64,000 nt of DNA. Source: Macrostomum lignano (taxonomy: Eukaryota). Below the pieces are notes generated by a model, which was not told the origin of the DNA, did no database searches, and was given only the letters and a program-made list of their open reading frames with translations. The DNA is taken from NCBI GenBank assembly GCA_002269645.1, contig NIVC01001550.1:186001-250000 (forward strand). Direction: 5' to 3'. Both the position numbers and the translations under genes were made by a program. Position 1 is the first letter of the stretch, and every line of letters begins with the position of its first letter. Below are positions 37,101 through 50,235 of this stretch, piece after piece.

Positions 37101-37335
37101 GTGCGCTGAAGAGGGGCACCGATTGAGGCTCTGAAGTGGGTCTAAAGTCGTGTTTAATGTGACCTAAGAGTCTTGTCCTGCGGTAAAGTGTCAAAAGGAT
37201 GTAACTTGGTCTCGAAAGTGTATTCGAGTAAGCTGCCCATTGATGGTCAATTGATTCTTCGACGCTATGTGTATAGACTTTAAGGCTTTGGTGGAGTGGA
37301 CGGACAATTGATGGTGGACAAGCAATGGAGCACAT
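34185..37335 (-). CDS. AGC-kinase-derived pseudokinase (one apparent frameshift at the A7 run 35543-35549)
   Basis: Exon 36259-37335+ carries the kinase fold (DTGVRYAC; VRYYAACILLGLEFM..IYHGNLSLCSIALDYYGRPQITDFD). GTAAGT donor at 36258; next exons ~34939-35805 and 34185-34379. Splicing gives LMMEHNYFI/NTNWEALEMAQPP, like the AGC C-tail IKEHPFF/xIDWxxL..PP. The first exon (possibly 37394-37680) is unresolved. Confidence 0.65.
34495..34877. repeat. 34-bp minisatellite TTCTAATCTCTGTCAGCTGGATGTCACATATCGA
   Basis: About 11 perfect copies, intronic. Confidence 0.95.
35949..36198 (+). mobile_element. tRNA-derived SINE, copy 1 (B-box region deleted), in pseudokinase intron
   Basis: A-box TAGCCTAGTGGTTAGAGCGTCGGACTCACGACT, body CCCAGCTGTAAAATGGGT and (ATT)n tail. 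The ~130-bp 3' part is nearly identical to the copy at 49.5 kb. Confidence 0.8.
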
Positions 37336-38511
37336 GGCTATAATGTTATTTTAGTTAACTCTGCTATCTGCCATATGACTTGCTCAGACCTACCGAGTTC
37401 CATTCTGGACGCTCTGCCGGTGGTCCAGCCAGAAATCTCGCGTCATGTGCCTCAGATCGAATGAGCCGTCAACCAGCAGGATTCGACTTTTACGACGCTG
37501 CTTGCGTGAGTCAACGTCCATATCGCTGGATAGGCTGTAACTGAAATCAATGCTTTTTGAAGTCTTTGAACTCTGGTTCGGCTTTTGCTTTGCGTCACGT
37601 TTTGGCGAGATTTCTCCCGACATTTTGACTTCTGGCTTCTTTTTTGGTGCAATTCTCTGCTTTAATAAGAAAACTGACACTGATTTCTATGAGCCTACGA
37701 GTCGTACCTGAGCTTAATCAAAATCTGTTTTATTTCAATCAGTTCACAGACTGTTTGTCAATCAAACTGGGATCGAAGAAAGGGATCGATTCCCACGCAC
37801 AGACAAAAGAGAGCGGATGAAGAAGCCGTCTATGGTTGCGCGCAGCTATTAATAGAAAATATCGATAAACACAAGGAACTTTATACCCCGGTGACAGTGC
37901 GGTGCTTTTTCTCTCTGACTTTGCAAAACGTCACGGAGTCTTACACCATATCAGGGGCAGTGCAGCTGGCTCTCTGGTGAACGCGACTGGCTCTCGCGCC
38001 ACGGACCCTAATTTGAAAACGCATTTGTTTGGCGCTTGTGAGCGAAAACTGGGTTTTCGCACCCATGAGGGCACAGAGTGTGCCTGTGCTCAGGAGCCAG
38101 TGGAATGGGAAGAATTGCCTCAGCACTGGCTGTTGAGTGCTGTGAGTCACCGAAGGTGCTGCGCCAGGGGTGCCCGCAGCCTTCCTGCCAATACTTTATT
38201 GTACCCGATCGTATGCTTTTTAGAAGTCCTTGTGTGCGCATGCAGCTCACAGAATCATAGACAGCAGATCTTATTATAGCAGCTTGTATTGTGATGAAAC
38301 TTACGGCTCGTACAATAACTAAGACCTCGTGCAGAAACATGATCAAAGTTTCTAGACGATATTTCCGATGAAGCATGACGAACTTTCATGAGTCACATGC
38401 TCCAGGGCACAGAACACAGTGCAGGCATATGAGAGAATTTCATACAAAAAACGCTTACATACTTGTAGGACTACAGAGAGCAGAGGCTGCAGACGGGGGT
38501 CGGAATTGCTC

Positions 38512-38693
<182 letters not shown>

Positions 38694-38989
38694 CCCTGAT
38701 GCTCATTAGGTTAATGAAAATAGCAGGAACGTTATCCATAATTGCTCATATTAGCAAGTTTAAGCGCCATCTAAATGTCGAAAATCACGCACTTTAAATT
38801 CTGTTTCTAATGAAAGTGAAAAGACGCAAGTGAATTCAGAAAACGGAATTTTTTATTTTTTATTAGACTATTTTTGGATTAACTGTAGCGAACGGATAAG
38901 CATAGTAAACAATACTGTCTGAATTTTCCAGCAAATGCCAAGCTAAGGTATGTGCAGGTGTCAAAGAGTCAGAAGGCGAGGCTGAGAGG

Positions 38990-39175
38990 GTGCCAGTGGG
39001 GTAGAGGGCAGGGAAGGTGATTGTCGGTGGGTAGAGGGCATGGGGTTGTAGGTGTCAGTGGGGTAGAGGGTAGGGGGGATGGGTGTCGGTGGGTAGAGGG
39101 CAGGGGTAGGTGGGTGTCGATTGGTAGAGGGCAGGGGAGGTGGGTGTCGGTGGGTAGAGGGCCCGGATAGGTGGG
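38990..39175. repeat. Degenerate G-rich repeat GGTGGGTAGAGGG
   Basis: About 6 copies downstream of the NHL gene stop codon. Confidence 0.7.
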
Positions 39176-39207
39176 TATCGGAGGGAGAGGCTGGAATCCC
39201 GAGAAAC

Positions 39208-42200
39208 TTAATAATCACGCTGGCCGTTGGCCTCGACCCCGGCTGGCACCTGTGGCAGCTGTCGCTGGACTCGCTTGGGCCGCCGGCGGGGCTGCCCAAC
39301 TCGATGTGCCTCAGTTTCCTTTGTCGCCGAATCATCCTGGCCCTCGAACAATGCGGCGGTCTCCTGACCGCATCCGCCTCCGCCGCCGCTGTCATTGTCC
39401 TCCAGCGACACGAACGGCTGCAGCAGGTCAGCCGAGTGGTGCAGCAGCAGCAGGTAGCCCCGGCCCTCCGGGTGCGGCTCCAGCACGGCTACGCACCGCC
39501 GGTGCGGCACGTAGGCGAGGCTGGCCGGGGCCCGCAGGCCGTCGTGCCGGTCCATCAGGCCGCACAGCCGGCCGCTCGGCAGCAGGAGGCCGACGCAGGC
39601 GCCAGCCGCCACCAGCACGTTCCCGTCGTGGTCGGCGGCGACTCCGGCCACTTCCGGTCGGGGCTCGCTGAGTAGCCGGAAGCCCTCGCTGGGACAGTTG
39701 CGCAGCGGCCGGCCGCCGAAGCTGAAGATCTTCACCGAGGCGAAGTCGGCCACGACGATTCGACGATCGAGCGTCACCGCCACGGACTCCGGCCGCGTCA
39801 GCTGGGCGGGGCCGTCGCCCGGCTCGCCGAATTGACTGCGCAGGTTGCCATTGGCGAAGAGCACCACGATGCGGTGCCGAGCGCGATCGGACAGCACGAA
39901 GTAGTCGCTCTGGGTCACCGCCAGGCCTCTCGGCTCGAGCGGCTGGTGGCGCGGCTCGCCCGGCAGCAGCTTCAAGAAGTCGCCCTGCCTGTCGAACAGT
40001 TTTGCCAGATTCTGAACGGTGTCAGTCAGGGCGATGCAGCCGCTGCTGGTTATCGCGACGGCGAACGGCGCGTTCACGCTGTCCTCCTGCTGGCCGGGGC
40101 AGCCGAAGCACAGCTTCACGAGGCCGCGGTCGCTGACCACCACGATGCGGTGGTTGCCGGAGTCCGCCACCGCAAAGTCACCTGCGGGTTGGCGACGGGG
40201 ACTTTGCTCCTTTAGAATGTCCTGCTCTGCTCTGCAATATCCTGTATCCTGCCCTGCTCTGCAATATCCTGTATCCTGCCCTGCTCTGCAATATCCTGCT
40301 CTGCTCCGCAATATCCTGCCCTGCTCTGCAATATCCTGACCTGCTCTGCAATATCCTGCCCTGCTCTGCAATATCCTGCCCTGCTCTGCAATATCCTGTA
40401 TCCTGCCTTGCTCTGCAATATCCTGTATCCTGCCCTGCTCTGCAATATCCTGCCCTGCTCTGCAATATCCTGCCCTGCTCTGCAATATCCTGCTCTGCTC
40501 CGCAATATCCTGCCCTGCTCTGCAATATCCTGCCCTGCTCTGCAATATCCTGCCCTGCTCTGCAATATCCTGTATCCTGCCCTGCTCTGCAATATCCTGC
40601 CCTGCTCTGCAATATCCTGCTCTGCTCCGCAATATCCTGCCCTGCTCTGCAATATCCTGCTCTGCTCTGCAATATCCTGCCCTGCTCTGCAATATTCTGA
40701 ACTGCTCTGCAATATCCTGAACTGCTCTGCAATATCTTGAACTGCTCTGCAATATCCTGCCCTGCTCTGCAATATCCTGCTCTGCTCTGCAATATCCTGC
40801 CCTGCTCTGCAATATCCTGCCCTGCTCTGCAATATCCTGCCCTGCTCTGCAATATCCTGCTCTGCTCCGCAATATCCTGCGCTGCTCCGCAATATCCTGC
40901 TCTGCTCCGCAATATCCTGCCCTGCTCTGCAAGGTGCTCTGCTCTGCAATATCCTGCCCTGCTCTGCAATATCCTGAACTGCTCTGCAATATCCTGAACT
41001 TCTCTGCAATATCCTGTTCTTTTCTGCAATATCCTGCTCTTCTCTGCAATATCCTGAACTGCTCTGCAATATCCTGAACTGCTCTGCAATATCCTGCTCT
41101 GCTCTGCAATATCCTGCTCTGCTCTGCAATATCATGCTCTGCTCTGCAATATCCTGCTCTGTTTTGCAATATCCTGCTCTGCTCTGCAATATCCTGCCCT
41201 GCTCTGCAATATCCTGAACTGCTCTGCAATATCCTGCCCTACTCTGCAATATCCTGAACTGCTCTGCAATATCCTGAACTTCTCTGCAATATCCTGAACT
41301 GCTCTGCAATATCCTGCCCTGCTCTGCAATATCCTGACCTGCTCTGCAATATCCTGCCCTGCTCTGCAATATCCTGCCCTGCTCTGCAATATCCTGTATC
41401 CTGCCTTGCTCTGCAATATCCTGAACTGCTCTGCAATATCCTAAACTGCTCTGCAATATCCTGAACTGCTCTGCAATATCCTAAACTGCTCTGCAATATC
41501 CTGAACTGCTCTGCAATATCCTAAACTGCTCTGCAATATCCTGAACTGCTCTGCAATATCCTAAACTGCTCTGCAATATCCTGAACTGCTCTGCAATATC
41601 CTGAACTGCTCTGCAATATCATGCTCTGCTCTGCAATATCCTGCTCTGCTCTGCAATATCCTGCTCTGCTCTGCAATATCATGCTCTGCTCTGCAATATC
41701 ATGCTCTGTTTTGCAATATCCTGCTCTGCTCTGCAATATCCTGCTCTGTTTTGCAATATCCTGCTCTGCTCTGCAATATCCTGCTCTGCTCTGCAATATC
41801 ATGCTCTGCTCTGCAATATCCTGCTCTGTTTTGCAATATCCTGCTCTGCTCTGCAATATCCTGCTCTGTTTTGCAATATCCTGCTCTGCTCTGCAATATC
41901 CTGCTCTGCTCTGCAATATCCTGCTCTGCTCTGCAATATCCTGCCCTACTCTGCAATATCCCGAACTGCTCTGCAATATCCTGAACTTCTCTGCAATATC
42001 CTGAACTGCTCTGCAATATCATGCTCTGCTCTGCAATATCCTGCCCTGCTTTGCAATATCCTGCCCTACTCTGCAATATCCCGAACTGCTCTGCAATATC
42101 CTGAACTTCTCTGCAATATCCTGAACTGCTCTGCAATATCCTGCCCTGCTCTGCAATATCATGCTCTGCTCTGCAATATCCTTAACTGCTCTGCAATATC

Positions 42201-43050
42201 CTGAACTGCTCTGCAATATCATGCTCTGCTCTGCAATATCATGCTCTGCTCTGCAATATCCTGAACTGCTCTGCAATATCCTGAACTGCTCCGCAATATC
42301 CTAAACTGCTCTGCAATATCCTGAACTGCTCTGCAATATCCTAAACTGCTCTGCAATATCCTGAACTGCTCTGAAATATCCTAAACTGCTCTGCAATATC
42401 CTGAACTGCTCTGCAATATCCTGCCCTGCTCTGCAATATCCTGAACTGCTCTGCAACATCCTACTCTGCTCTGCAATATCCTGCTCTGCTCTGCAATATC
42501 CTGAACTGCTCTGCAACATCCTACTCTGCTCTGCAATATCCTGAACTGCTCTGCAACATCCTACTCTGCTCTGCAATATCCTGAACTGCTCTGCAATATC
42601 CTGAACTGCTCTGCAATATCCTGCTCCCGCCCTCACCTCCAAGCGTGACCGCCAGGCCGCGCGGCTGCCTAAGCGCGTTGCGCCCGGTCGGCGCGATTCG
42701 CACGAGCAGCCCGGCGCCGCCAACAGCCGGTAGCGGCGGCTCCGGCGGCTGCGGCTGCGACCGCTGCTGACCGACCGAGGCCGCCGCCCCAGCCAGGCGC
42801 CCGATCATCCATTTCGTCTTGCCGGCGAAGGCTTCGGCAAAGCCGCCCAAAGTCTGGCGCATCGACTCCATGGTGCTGGCCAGTGCTGACCCCTCGGCCG
42901 GCTGACTTTCGGCGTCCTCGGCTGGCCGGCCGGACAGCAGGCAGCCCTGAAGGAGGCACCAGCCGCGACTGGCTTGGCCGAGGCAGCTGCCGTCGGCTGC
43001 TGGCAGTTGATGGGGCATGACAGGAAACTCGATAATACTGCAGCTTGCTT
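39208..43050 (-). CDS. NHL-repeat beta-propeller protein (TRIM2/3/71-type NHL domain); N-terminal exons unresolved
   Basis: Exons ~42637-43050 and 39208-40181 join in phase 1: LRQPRGLAVTLG/GDFAVADSGNHRI. Further blades: NAPFAVAI, EPRGLAVT...SDRARHRI, TRPESVAV...VADF, VAGVAADHDGNVLVA. Confidence 0.8.
40220..42624. repeat. 20-bp minisatellite CTGCAATATCCTGCCCTGCT filling a 2.45-kb NHL-gene intron
   Basis: About 120 copies with variant blocks; explains ORFs 40178-42276. Confidence 0.97.
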
Positions 43051-43724
43051 GAGGCTCTCTCTCTCTCTCTGAGACATCTTCAATGCTTACTGGTGTTGCA
43101 TCGGGTTCTCTCTCTCCCATCCGCCCCTCTGTCTCAAATGGAGGAGATTAATTCCCCCCCCCCTTGAGCTCAGCACTTGCGTCCGGCAGAGAAAGAGCTG
43201 CGCGTGATTGGCAAGTCTAATAATAGGCCGCCATTATACAGGGGGGCTGGCATGGAGCGCGCTGATCGAATGCAAAGTCCAATTCTAAAAGGGAGTGTCG
43301 AGCTGGGGATAACTGCCCTGCCCGCTCGGAGAAAAGGGGGATTTGCAGAAAGCCGAGACGCCACGGGACAGAGCAGCCCACCCCAAAGCTACATGTAGTG
43401 TCTGCGGGGCTCAACAACAAGGAATTTAAATAAAGGCCGGCTTAGCGGGGGTGGCGCAGGCATAGATGGCTGGCAGCTGACACACAACACCAGCTCGGGG
43501 TGCTCAATTGGCCCGCACAATTTAGGCTGACCGGTCGGCGCTTATGGCTACCGCATTCTGCTTGTATCGATCTAATTGAGATTCTCGATATGCTTACGTT
43601 TGCTGCAGAATTAGATTGCGATTCGCTCAGCACGCCTGAATAATAGTAGGCTGACTGCGCATTGCACACTAAATTTTATATACTGGAACAAAAACCTAAA
43701 AATATTACCTGGATAGTTGGTGGA

Positions 43725-45056
43725 TTGCTAATCTAGCCAATATGGATTGCTAGCCAATATGGATTGCTAATCTAACCAATATGGATTGCTAATCTAACCA
43801 ATATGGATTGCTAATCTAGCCAATATGGATTGCTAATCTAACCAATATGGATTGCTAATCTAACCAATATGGATTGCTAATCTAACCAATATGGATTACT
43901 AATCTAACCAATATGGATTGCTAATCTAACCAATATGGATTGCTAATCTAACCAATATGGATTACTAATCTAACCAATATGGATTGCTAATCTAACCAAT
44001 ATGGATTGCTAATCTAACCAATATGGATTGCTAATCTAACCAATATGGATTGCTAAGCTAGCCAATATGGATTGCTAATCCAGTGAATATGGATTGCTAA
44101 TCTAGCCAATATGGATTGCTAGCCAATATGGATTGCTAATCTAGCCAATACTCTCTCTAATCTAGCCAATACTCTCTCTAATCTAGCCAATACTCTCTCT
44201 AATCTAGACAATACTCTCTCTCATCTAGACAATACTCTCTCTAATCTAGACAATACTCTCTCTAATCTAGACAATACTCTCTCTAATCTAGCCAATACTC
44301 TCTCTAATCTAGCCAATACTCTCTCTAATCTAGCCAATTGGGGATTGCTAATCTAGCCAATTATGGATTGCTAATCTAGCAAATTGTGGATTGCTAATCT
44401 AGCCAATTGGGGATTGCTAATCTAGCCAATTATGGATTGCTAATCTAGCAAATTGTGGATTGCTAATCTAGCCAATATGGATTGCTAATCCAGCCAATTG
44501 TGGATTGCTAATCTAGCCAATATGGATTGCTAATCCAGCCAATTGTGGATTGCTAATCTAGCCAATTATTGATTGCTAATCTAGCAAATTGTGGATTGCT
44601 AATCTAGCCAATTGGGGATTGCTAATCTAGCCAATTATGGATTGCTAATCTAGCCAATTATGGATTGCTAATCTAGCCAATTGTGGATTGCTAATCTAGC
44701 CAATTGGGGATTGCTAATCTAGCCAATTATGGATTGCTAATCTAGCAAATTGTGGATTGCTAATCTAGCCAATTGGGGATTGCTAATCTAGCCAATTATG
44801 GATTGCTAATCTAGCAAATTGTGGATTGCTAATCTAGCCAATATGGATTGCTAATCCAGCCAATTGTGGATTGCTAATCTAGCCAATATGGATTGCTAAT
44901 CCAGCCAATTGTGGATTGCTAATCTAGCCAATTGTGGATTGCTAATCTAGCCAATTGTGGATTGCTAATCTAGCCAATTGTGGATTGCTAATCTAGCCAA
45001 TTGTGGATTGCTAATCTAGCCAATTGTGGATTGCTAATCTAGCCAATTGTGGATTG
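43725..45056. repeat. Compound GGATTGCTAATCTAGCCAAT array (22-24 bp) with an internal CTCTCT-variant block
   Basis: Three related sub-arrays. Confidence 0.95.
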
Positions 45057-45569
45057 CAACGCCAGGCAGCAAGGATGAGACAATAGACTGCCTTTCTGAT
45101 ATATTTCATCACGTAGACTAATATTCAATTATAAAAAAGGTACATATAGCACGTAACAATGATTAAGTTGTAAAGTGAACAAAGACTTACGCTAGATTTT
45201 AAAATTTTCGAAGTCACCAAGTGTGATTAGAAGAAACAAAGAGTGATTAGCTGAACGTCAGAAAGTAAGTTCCAAGATGTATTCACCGAGCTGGATAAAA
45301 TTATGAGGCAGAAATTTGAAATGCTGTTGGAAGATAATAAAAAACTTCTAAATAGACAGAAAGCCACAATCTAAGACTGCTCGGTGCAACCAACACGAAT
45401 CACGAAACAGAGATTAAAAGTGCTCAGGACCGATCTCTCACCATCCAACAGCCAGTCCGGGTGACTTGGGGTTGCTCAGTGAGGACACTCGACCGCTCCT
45501 TGCTCGGCTTTGGTTGGAGCAGGACTCAAAGCTGAACTCGCAACTGCATATTATATATTGTATATATTC

Positions 45570-46828
45570 ATGCTACCTGATTGATGTGTGAAGTTTGATG
45601 CTAACTGATTGATGTGTGATTTGATGCTACCTGATTGATGTGTGAAGTTTGATGCTAACTGATTGATGTGTGATTTGATGCTACCTGATTGATGTGTGTG
45701 ATTTGATGCTAACTGATTGATGTGTGATTTGATGCTACCTGATTGATGTGTGAAGTTTGATGCTAACTGATTGATGTGTGATTTGATGCTACCTGATTGA
45801 TGTGTGAAGTTTGATGCTAACTGATTGATGTGTGATTTGATGCTACCTGATTGATGTGTGAAGTTTGATGCTAACTGATTGATGTGTGATTTGATGCTAC
45901 CTGATTGATGTGTGTGATTTGATGCTAACTGATTGATGTGTGATTTGATGCTAACTGATTGATGTGTGTGATTTGATGCTAACTGATTGATGTGTGTGAT
46001 TTGATGCTAACTGATTGATGTGTGTGATTTGATGCTAACTGATTGATGTGTGATTTGATGCTAACTGATTGATGTGTGATTTGATGCTACCTGATTGATG
46101 TGTGTGATTTGATGCTAACTGATTGATGTGTGATTTGATGCTAACTGATTGATGTGTGTGTTTTGATGCTAACTGATTGATGTGTGTTTTGATGCTACCT
46201 GATTGATGTGTGTGATTTGATGCTAACTGATTGATGTGTGTGATTTGATGCTAACTGATTGATGTGTGTGATTTGATGCTAACTGATTGATGTGTGTGAT
46301 TTGATGCTAACTGATTGATGTGTGTGATTAGATGCTAACTGATTGATGTGTGTGATTTGATGCTAACTGATTGATGTGTGATTTGATGCTAACTGATTGA
46401 TGTGTGTGATTTGATGCTAACTGATTGATGTGTGTGATTTGATGCTAACTGATTGATGTGTGTGATTTGATGCTAACTGATTGATGTGTGTGATTTGATG
46501 CTAACTGATTGATGTGTGTGATTTGATGCTAACTGATTGATGTGTGATTTGATGCTAACTGATTGATGTGTGTGATTTGATGCTAACTGATTGATGTGTG
46601 TGATTTGATGCTAACTGATTGATGTGTGTGATTTGATGCTAACTGATTGATGTGTGATTTGATGCTAACTGATTGATGTGTGTGATTTGATGCTAACTGA
46701 TTGATGTGTGTGATTTGATGCTAACTGATTGATGTGTGTGATTTGATGCTAACTGATTGATGTGTGGGATTTGATGCTAACTGATTGATGTGTGGGATTT
46801 GATGCTAACTGATTGATGCGTGTGATTT
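45570..46828. repeat. 26-28-bp minisatellite CTGATTGATGTGTGATTTGATGCTAA
   Basis: About 45 copies. Confidence 0.95.
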
Positions 46829-47484
46829 AATTATTATGTGTTATTTGATGGTAGTCTGGTTGGGAATGCCAACTTTAATAAACAGATTATAAACTGCAGT
46901 TGCACACTGAGATTTCGAGCTGGAGAACTGCTAGCCATGCAACTGCTCTGCCTCCGCCTTCTGCCGCTATAAAATCAAATTTCAGACATGAAACGGATGG
47001 ATTATGGTTGAGTAAGCCATCAAAGGTGCTTTCAAATCAACTGGATCAGAGTGAAAACACAGGAAAGTAATTTCAGACCAGCATCCGGAATGCATGGCAG
47101 CCATGCCTCATAACGAAGGGTTCAAGCTGAACGAGCGAAAATATTCTGAAAAATTGCTCCGGGACAAAAAACTACTCAGAAATCGATGGTGGAAAATTCT
47201 TTCTCTGTGTGGGACTTGGCAGCCTCCGGAAAGAAAATTTTAGCCTTAGCAACTACTGGCGGACTTATTATCCGTTTTGCCATTTCATTTCCCAATTCCA
47301 GTCGATCTCCCATTCCCGTTTTCTTTTCCCCAATTGCTTGCCTTGGTGACCCGGGCAAAAGCCATTTTGCTGGATCGATGAGGATTAATACAGTTTCCCT
47401 GATCCCTGCCAGCTCATGGGAGCTCAGCTCACACTTTCCAACCGGGGGGTTTCTCGAAGTGCAAAATTTCCCTTAGATCCTATT

Positions 47485-48850
47485 ACCGGGTTCTGACAGC
47501 ACCGGTTAGCGATACCTAATAAACCTGACAGCACCGGTTAGCGATACCTCATTAACCTGACAGTACCGGTTAGCGATACCTCATTAACCGGACAGTACCG
47601 GTTAGCGATGCCTAATTAATTAACCTGACAGCACCGGTTAGCGATACCTCATTAACCTGACAGCACCGGTTAGCGATACCTCATTAACCTGACAGCACCG
47701 GTTAGCGATACCTCATTAACCTGACAGCACCGGTTAGCGATACCTCATTAACCTGACAGCACCGGTTAGCGATACCTCATTAACCTGACAGCACCGGTTA
47801 GCGATACCTCATTAACCTGACAGCACCGGTTAGCGATACCTCATTAACCTGACAGCACCGGTTAGCGATACCTCATTAACCTGACAGCACCGGTTAGCGA
47901 TACCTCATTAACCTGACAGCACCGGTTAGCGATACCTCATTAACCTGACAGCACCGGTTAGCGATACCTCATTAACCTGACAGCACCGGTTAGCGATACC
48001 TCATTAACCTGACAGCACCGGTTAGCGATACCTCATTAACCTGACAGCACCGGTTAGCGATGCCTAATTAATTAACCTGACAGCACCGGTTAGCGATACC
48101 TCATTAACCTGATAGCACTGGTTAGCGATATCTAATTAACCTGATAGCACCGGTTAGCGATACCTCATTAACCTGACAGCACCGGTTAGCGATACCTCAT
48201 TAACCTGACAGCACCGGTTAGCGATACCTCATTAACCTGACAGCACCGGTTAGCGATACCTCATTAACCGGACAGTACCGGTTAGCGATGCCTAATTAAT
48301 TAACCTGACAGCACCGGTTAGCGATACCTCATTAACCTGACAGCACCGGTTAGCGATACCTCATTAACCTGACAGCACCGGTTAGCGATACCTCATTAAC
48401 CTGACAGCACCGGTTAGCGATACCTCATTAACCTGACAGCACCGGTTAGCGATACCTCATTAACCTGACAGCACCGGTTAGCGGTACCTCATTAACCTGA
48501 CAGCACCGGTTAGCGATACCTCATTAACCTGACAGCACCGGTTAGCGATACCTCATTAACCTGACAGCACCGGTTAGCGATACCTCATTAACCTGACAGC
48601 ACCGGTTAGCGATACCTCATTAACCTGACAGCACCGGTTAGCGATACCTCATTAACCTGACAGCACCGGTTAGCGGTACCTCATTAACCTGACAGCACCG
48701 GTTAGCGATACCTCATTAACCTGACAGCACCGGTTAGCGATACCTCATTAACCTGACAGCACTGGTTAGCGATACCTCATTAACCTGACAGCACCGGTTA
48801 GCGATACCTCATTAACCTGACAGCACCGGTTAGCGATACCTCATTAACCC
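47485..48850. repeat. 32-bp minisatellite TTAACCTGACAGCACCGGTTAGCGATACCTCA
   Basis: About 42 copies. Confidence 0.97.
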
Positions 48851-49461
48851 GACTACTAAAAAAGTGAATTCGGTGAATAGAAATACAATCACAGTCTAAA
48901 TTAGTTTTAAAGTGCAAATAACAAAAAATATAAACAAACTTCCTTCTCGTGCTCAATTTTAAGTCAACTCCAAAACATTGATGCGATTTTAGCAGTGGAC
49001 GGATTCTAGTTGCATTTAAATCTATTTGATAGAAAGCGACACAAGCATTGGTAATTCAAGCAGGACAATAACAGGGACTCTAGATTCATAACCAGACCAC
49101 AACCAGACCCAGAGGTCCCTGATCAACGCAATAAAAACGGCCACAACATACAATAATAAGACAAAAATAGGTGAAAGGCTTGCAAAATACTACTATTAGT
49201 ACTCTGACCCATATGCAGTTAGCCAATCTAGTCCGCAAACTTGCGCAAGTTTAAAGTGCGCAAAAGCATTTAACATCTGACAATGTAAGCACTGGCCGGG
49301 AACTACAAGCGTACGTGTGCACACCCGAAATAATGTATGTCATGCACACGAGCGTGTATACACCGTAAATAATGTTAAACGTTTATAATGCACAGAATGT
49401 ACAATTCATAATGTACATGAAGCACGACACATACCATGTCTAGATACGATGTACATCATGT

Positions 49462-49688
49462 AATGGGCAGATGTGCAACCGACAGCTCAGCCGCAGCTAT
49501 TGCGCGGCGCATCTGAAGGCTGCGTACGGCTGTTCAGTCCAAGGACTGGGGGGGGGTCGCCACACACACCCTCAATTACCCCCATCTAGTCTTGCTTAAG
49601 GACACAAATTGTTCCGAGTGGGATCGAGAATCGAACCCCCGACCTTCAAGTCGTGAGTCCGACGCTCTGATCACTAGGCTACAACCCC
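49462..49688 (-). mobile_element. tRNA-derived SINE, copy 2
   Basis: Reverse complement reads GTAGCCTAGTGATCAGAGCGTCGGACTCACGACTTGAAGGTCGGGGGTTCGATTC (A and B boxes), then GTGTCCTTAAGCAAGAC, then the same 3' body as copy 1. Confidence 0.8.
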
Positions 49689-49702
49689 CTATCAACTGTA
49701 GA

Positions 49703-50200
49703 TTCTATCATGTACTCAGTAGAATGTACATCATGTACTCAGTAGAATGTACATCATGTACTCAGTAGAATGTACATCATGTACTCAGTAGAATGTACAT
49801 CATGTACTCAGTAGAATGTACATCATGTACTCAGTAGAATGTACATCATGTACTCAGTAGAATGTACATCATGTACTCAGTAGAATGTACATCATGTACT
49901 CAGTAGAATGTACATCATGTACTCAGTAGAATGTACATCATGTACTCAGTAGAATGTACATCATGTACTCAGTAGAATGTACATCATGTACTCAGTAGAA
50001 TGTACATCATGTACTCAGTAGAATGTACATCATGTACTCAGTAGAATGTACATCATGTACTCAGTAGAATGTACATCATGTACTCAGTAGAATGTACATC
50101 ATGTACTCAGTAGAATGTACATCATGTACTCAGTAGAATGTACATCATGTACTCAGTAGAATGTACATCATGTACTCAGTAGAATGTACATCATGTACTC
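49703..50200. repeat. 23-bp minisatellite AGTAGAATGTACATCATGTACTC
   Basis: About 21 copies. Confidence 0.97.
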
Positions 50201-50235
50201 GGTGAAATGTAGATACACGCAGTGTGCACACAATA

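Noticed and set aside
37902-38376. Overlapping 120-aa ORFs on both strands
   Set aside because: No recognisable motif or convincing splice sites.
40182-42636. ORF track fuses a QSRAGYCRA repeat to the NHL domain (673 aa)
   Set aside because: The repeat lies between a GTGAG donor and a CGCAG acceptor whose joining restores an NHL blade, so it is intronic.
47176-47476. Short ORFs of non-repetitive composition
   Set aside because: Could not be phased to the NHL gene or CYB5R4, and no motif was recognised.
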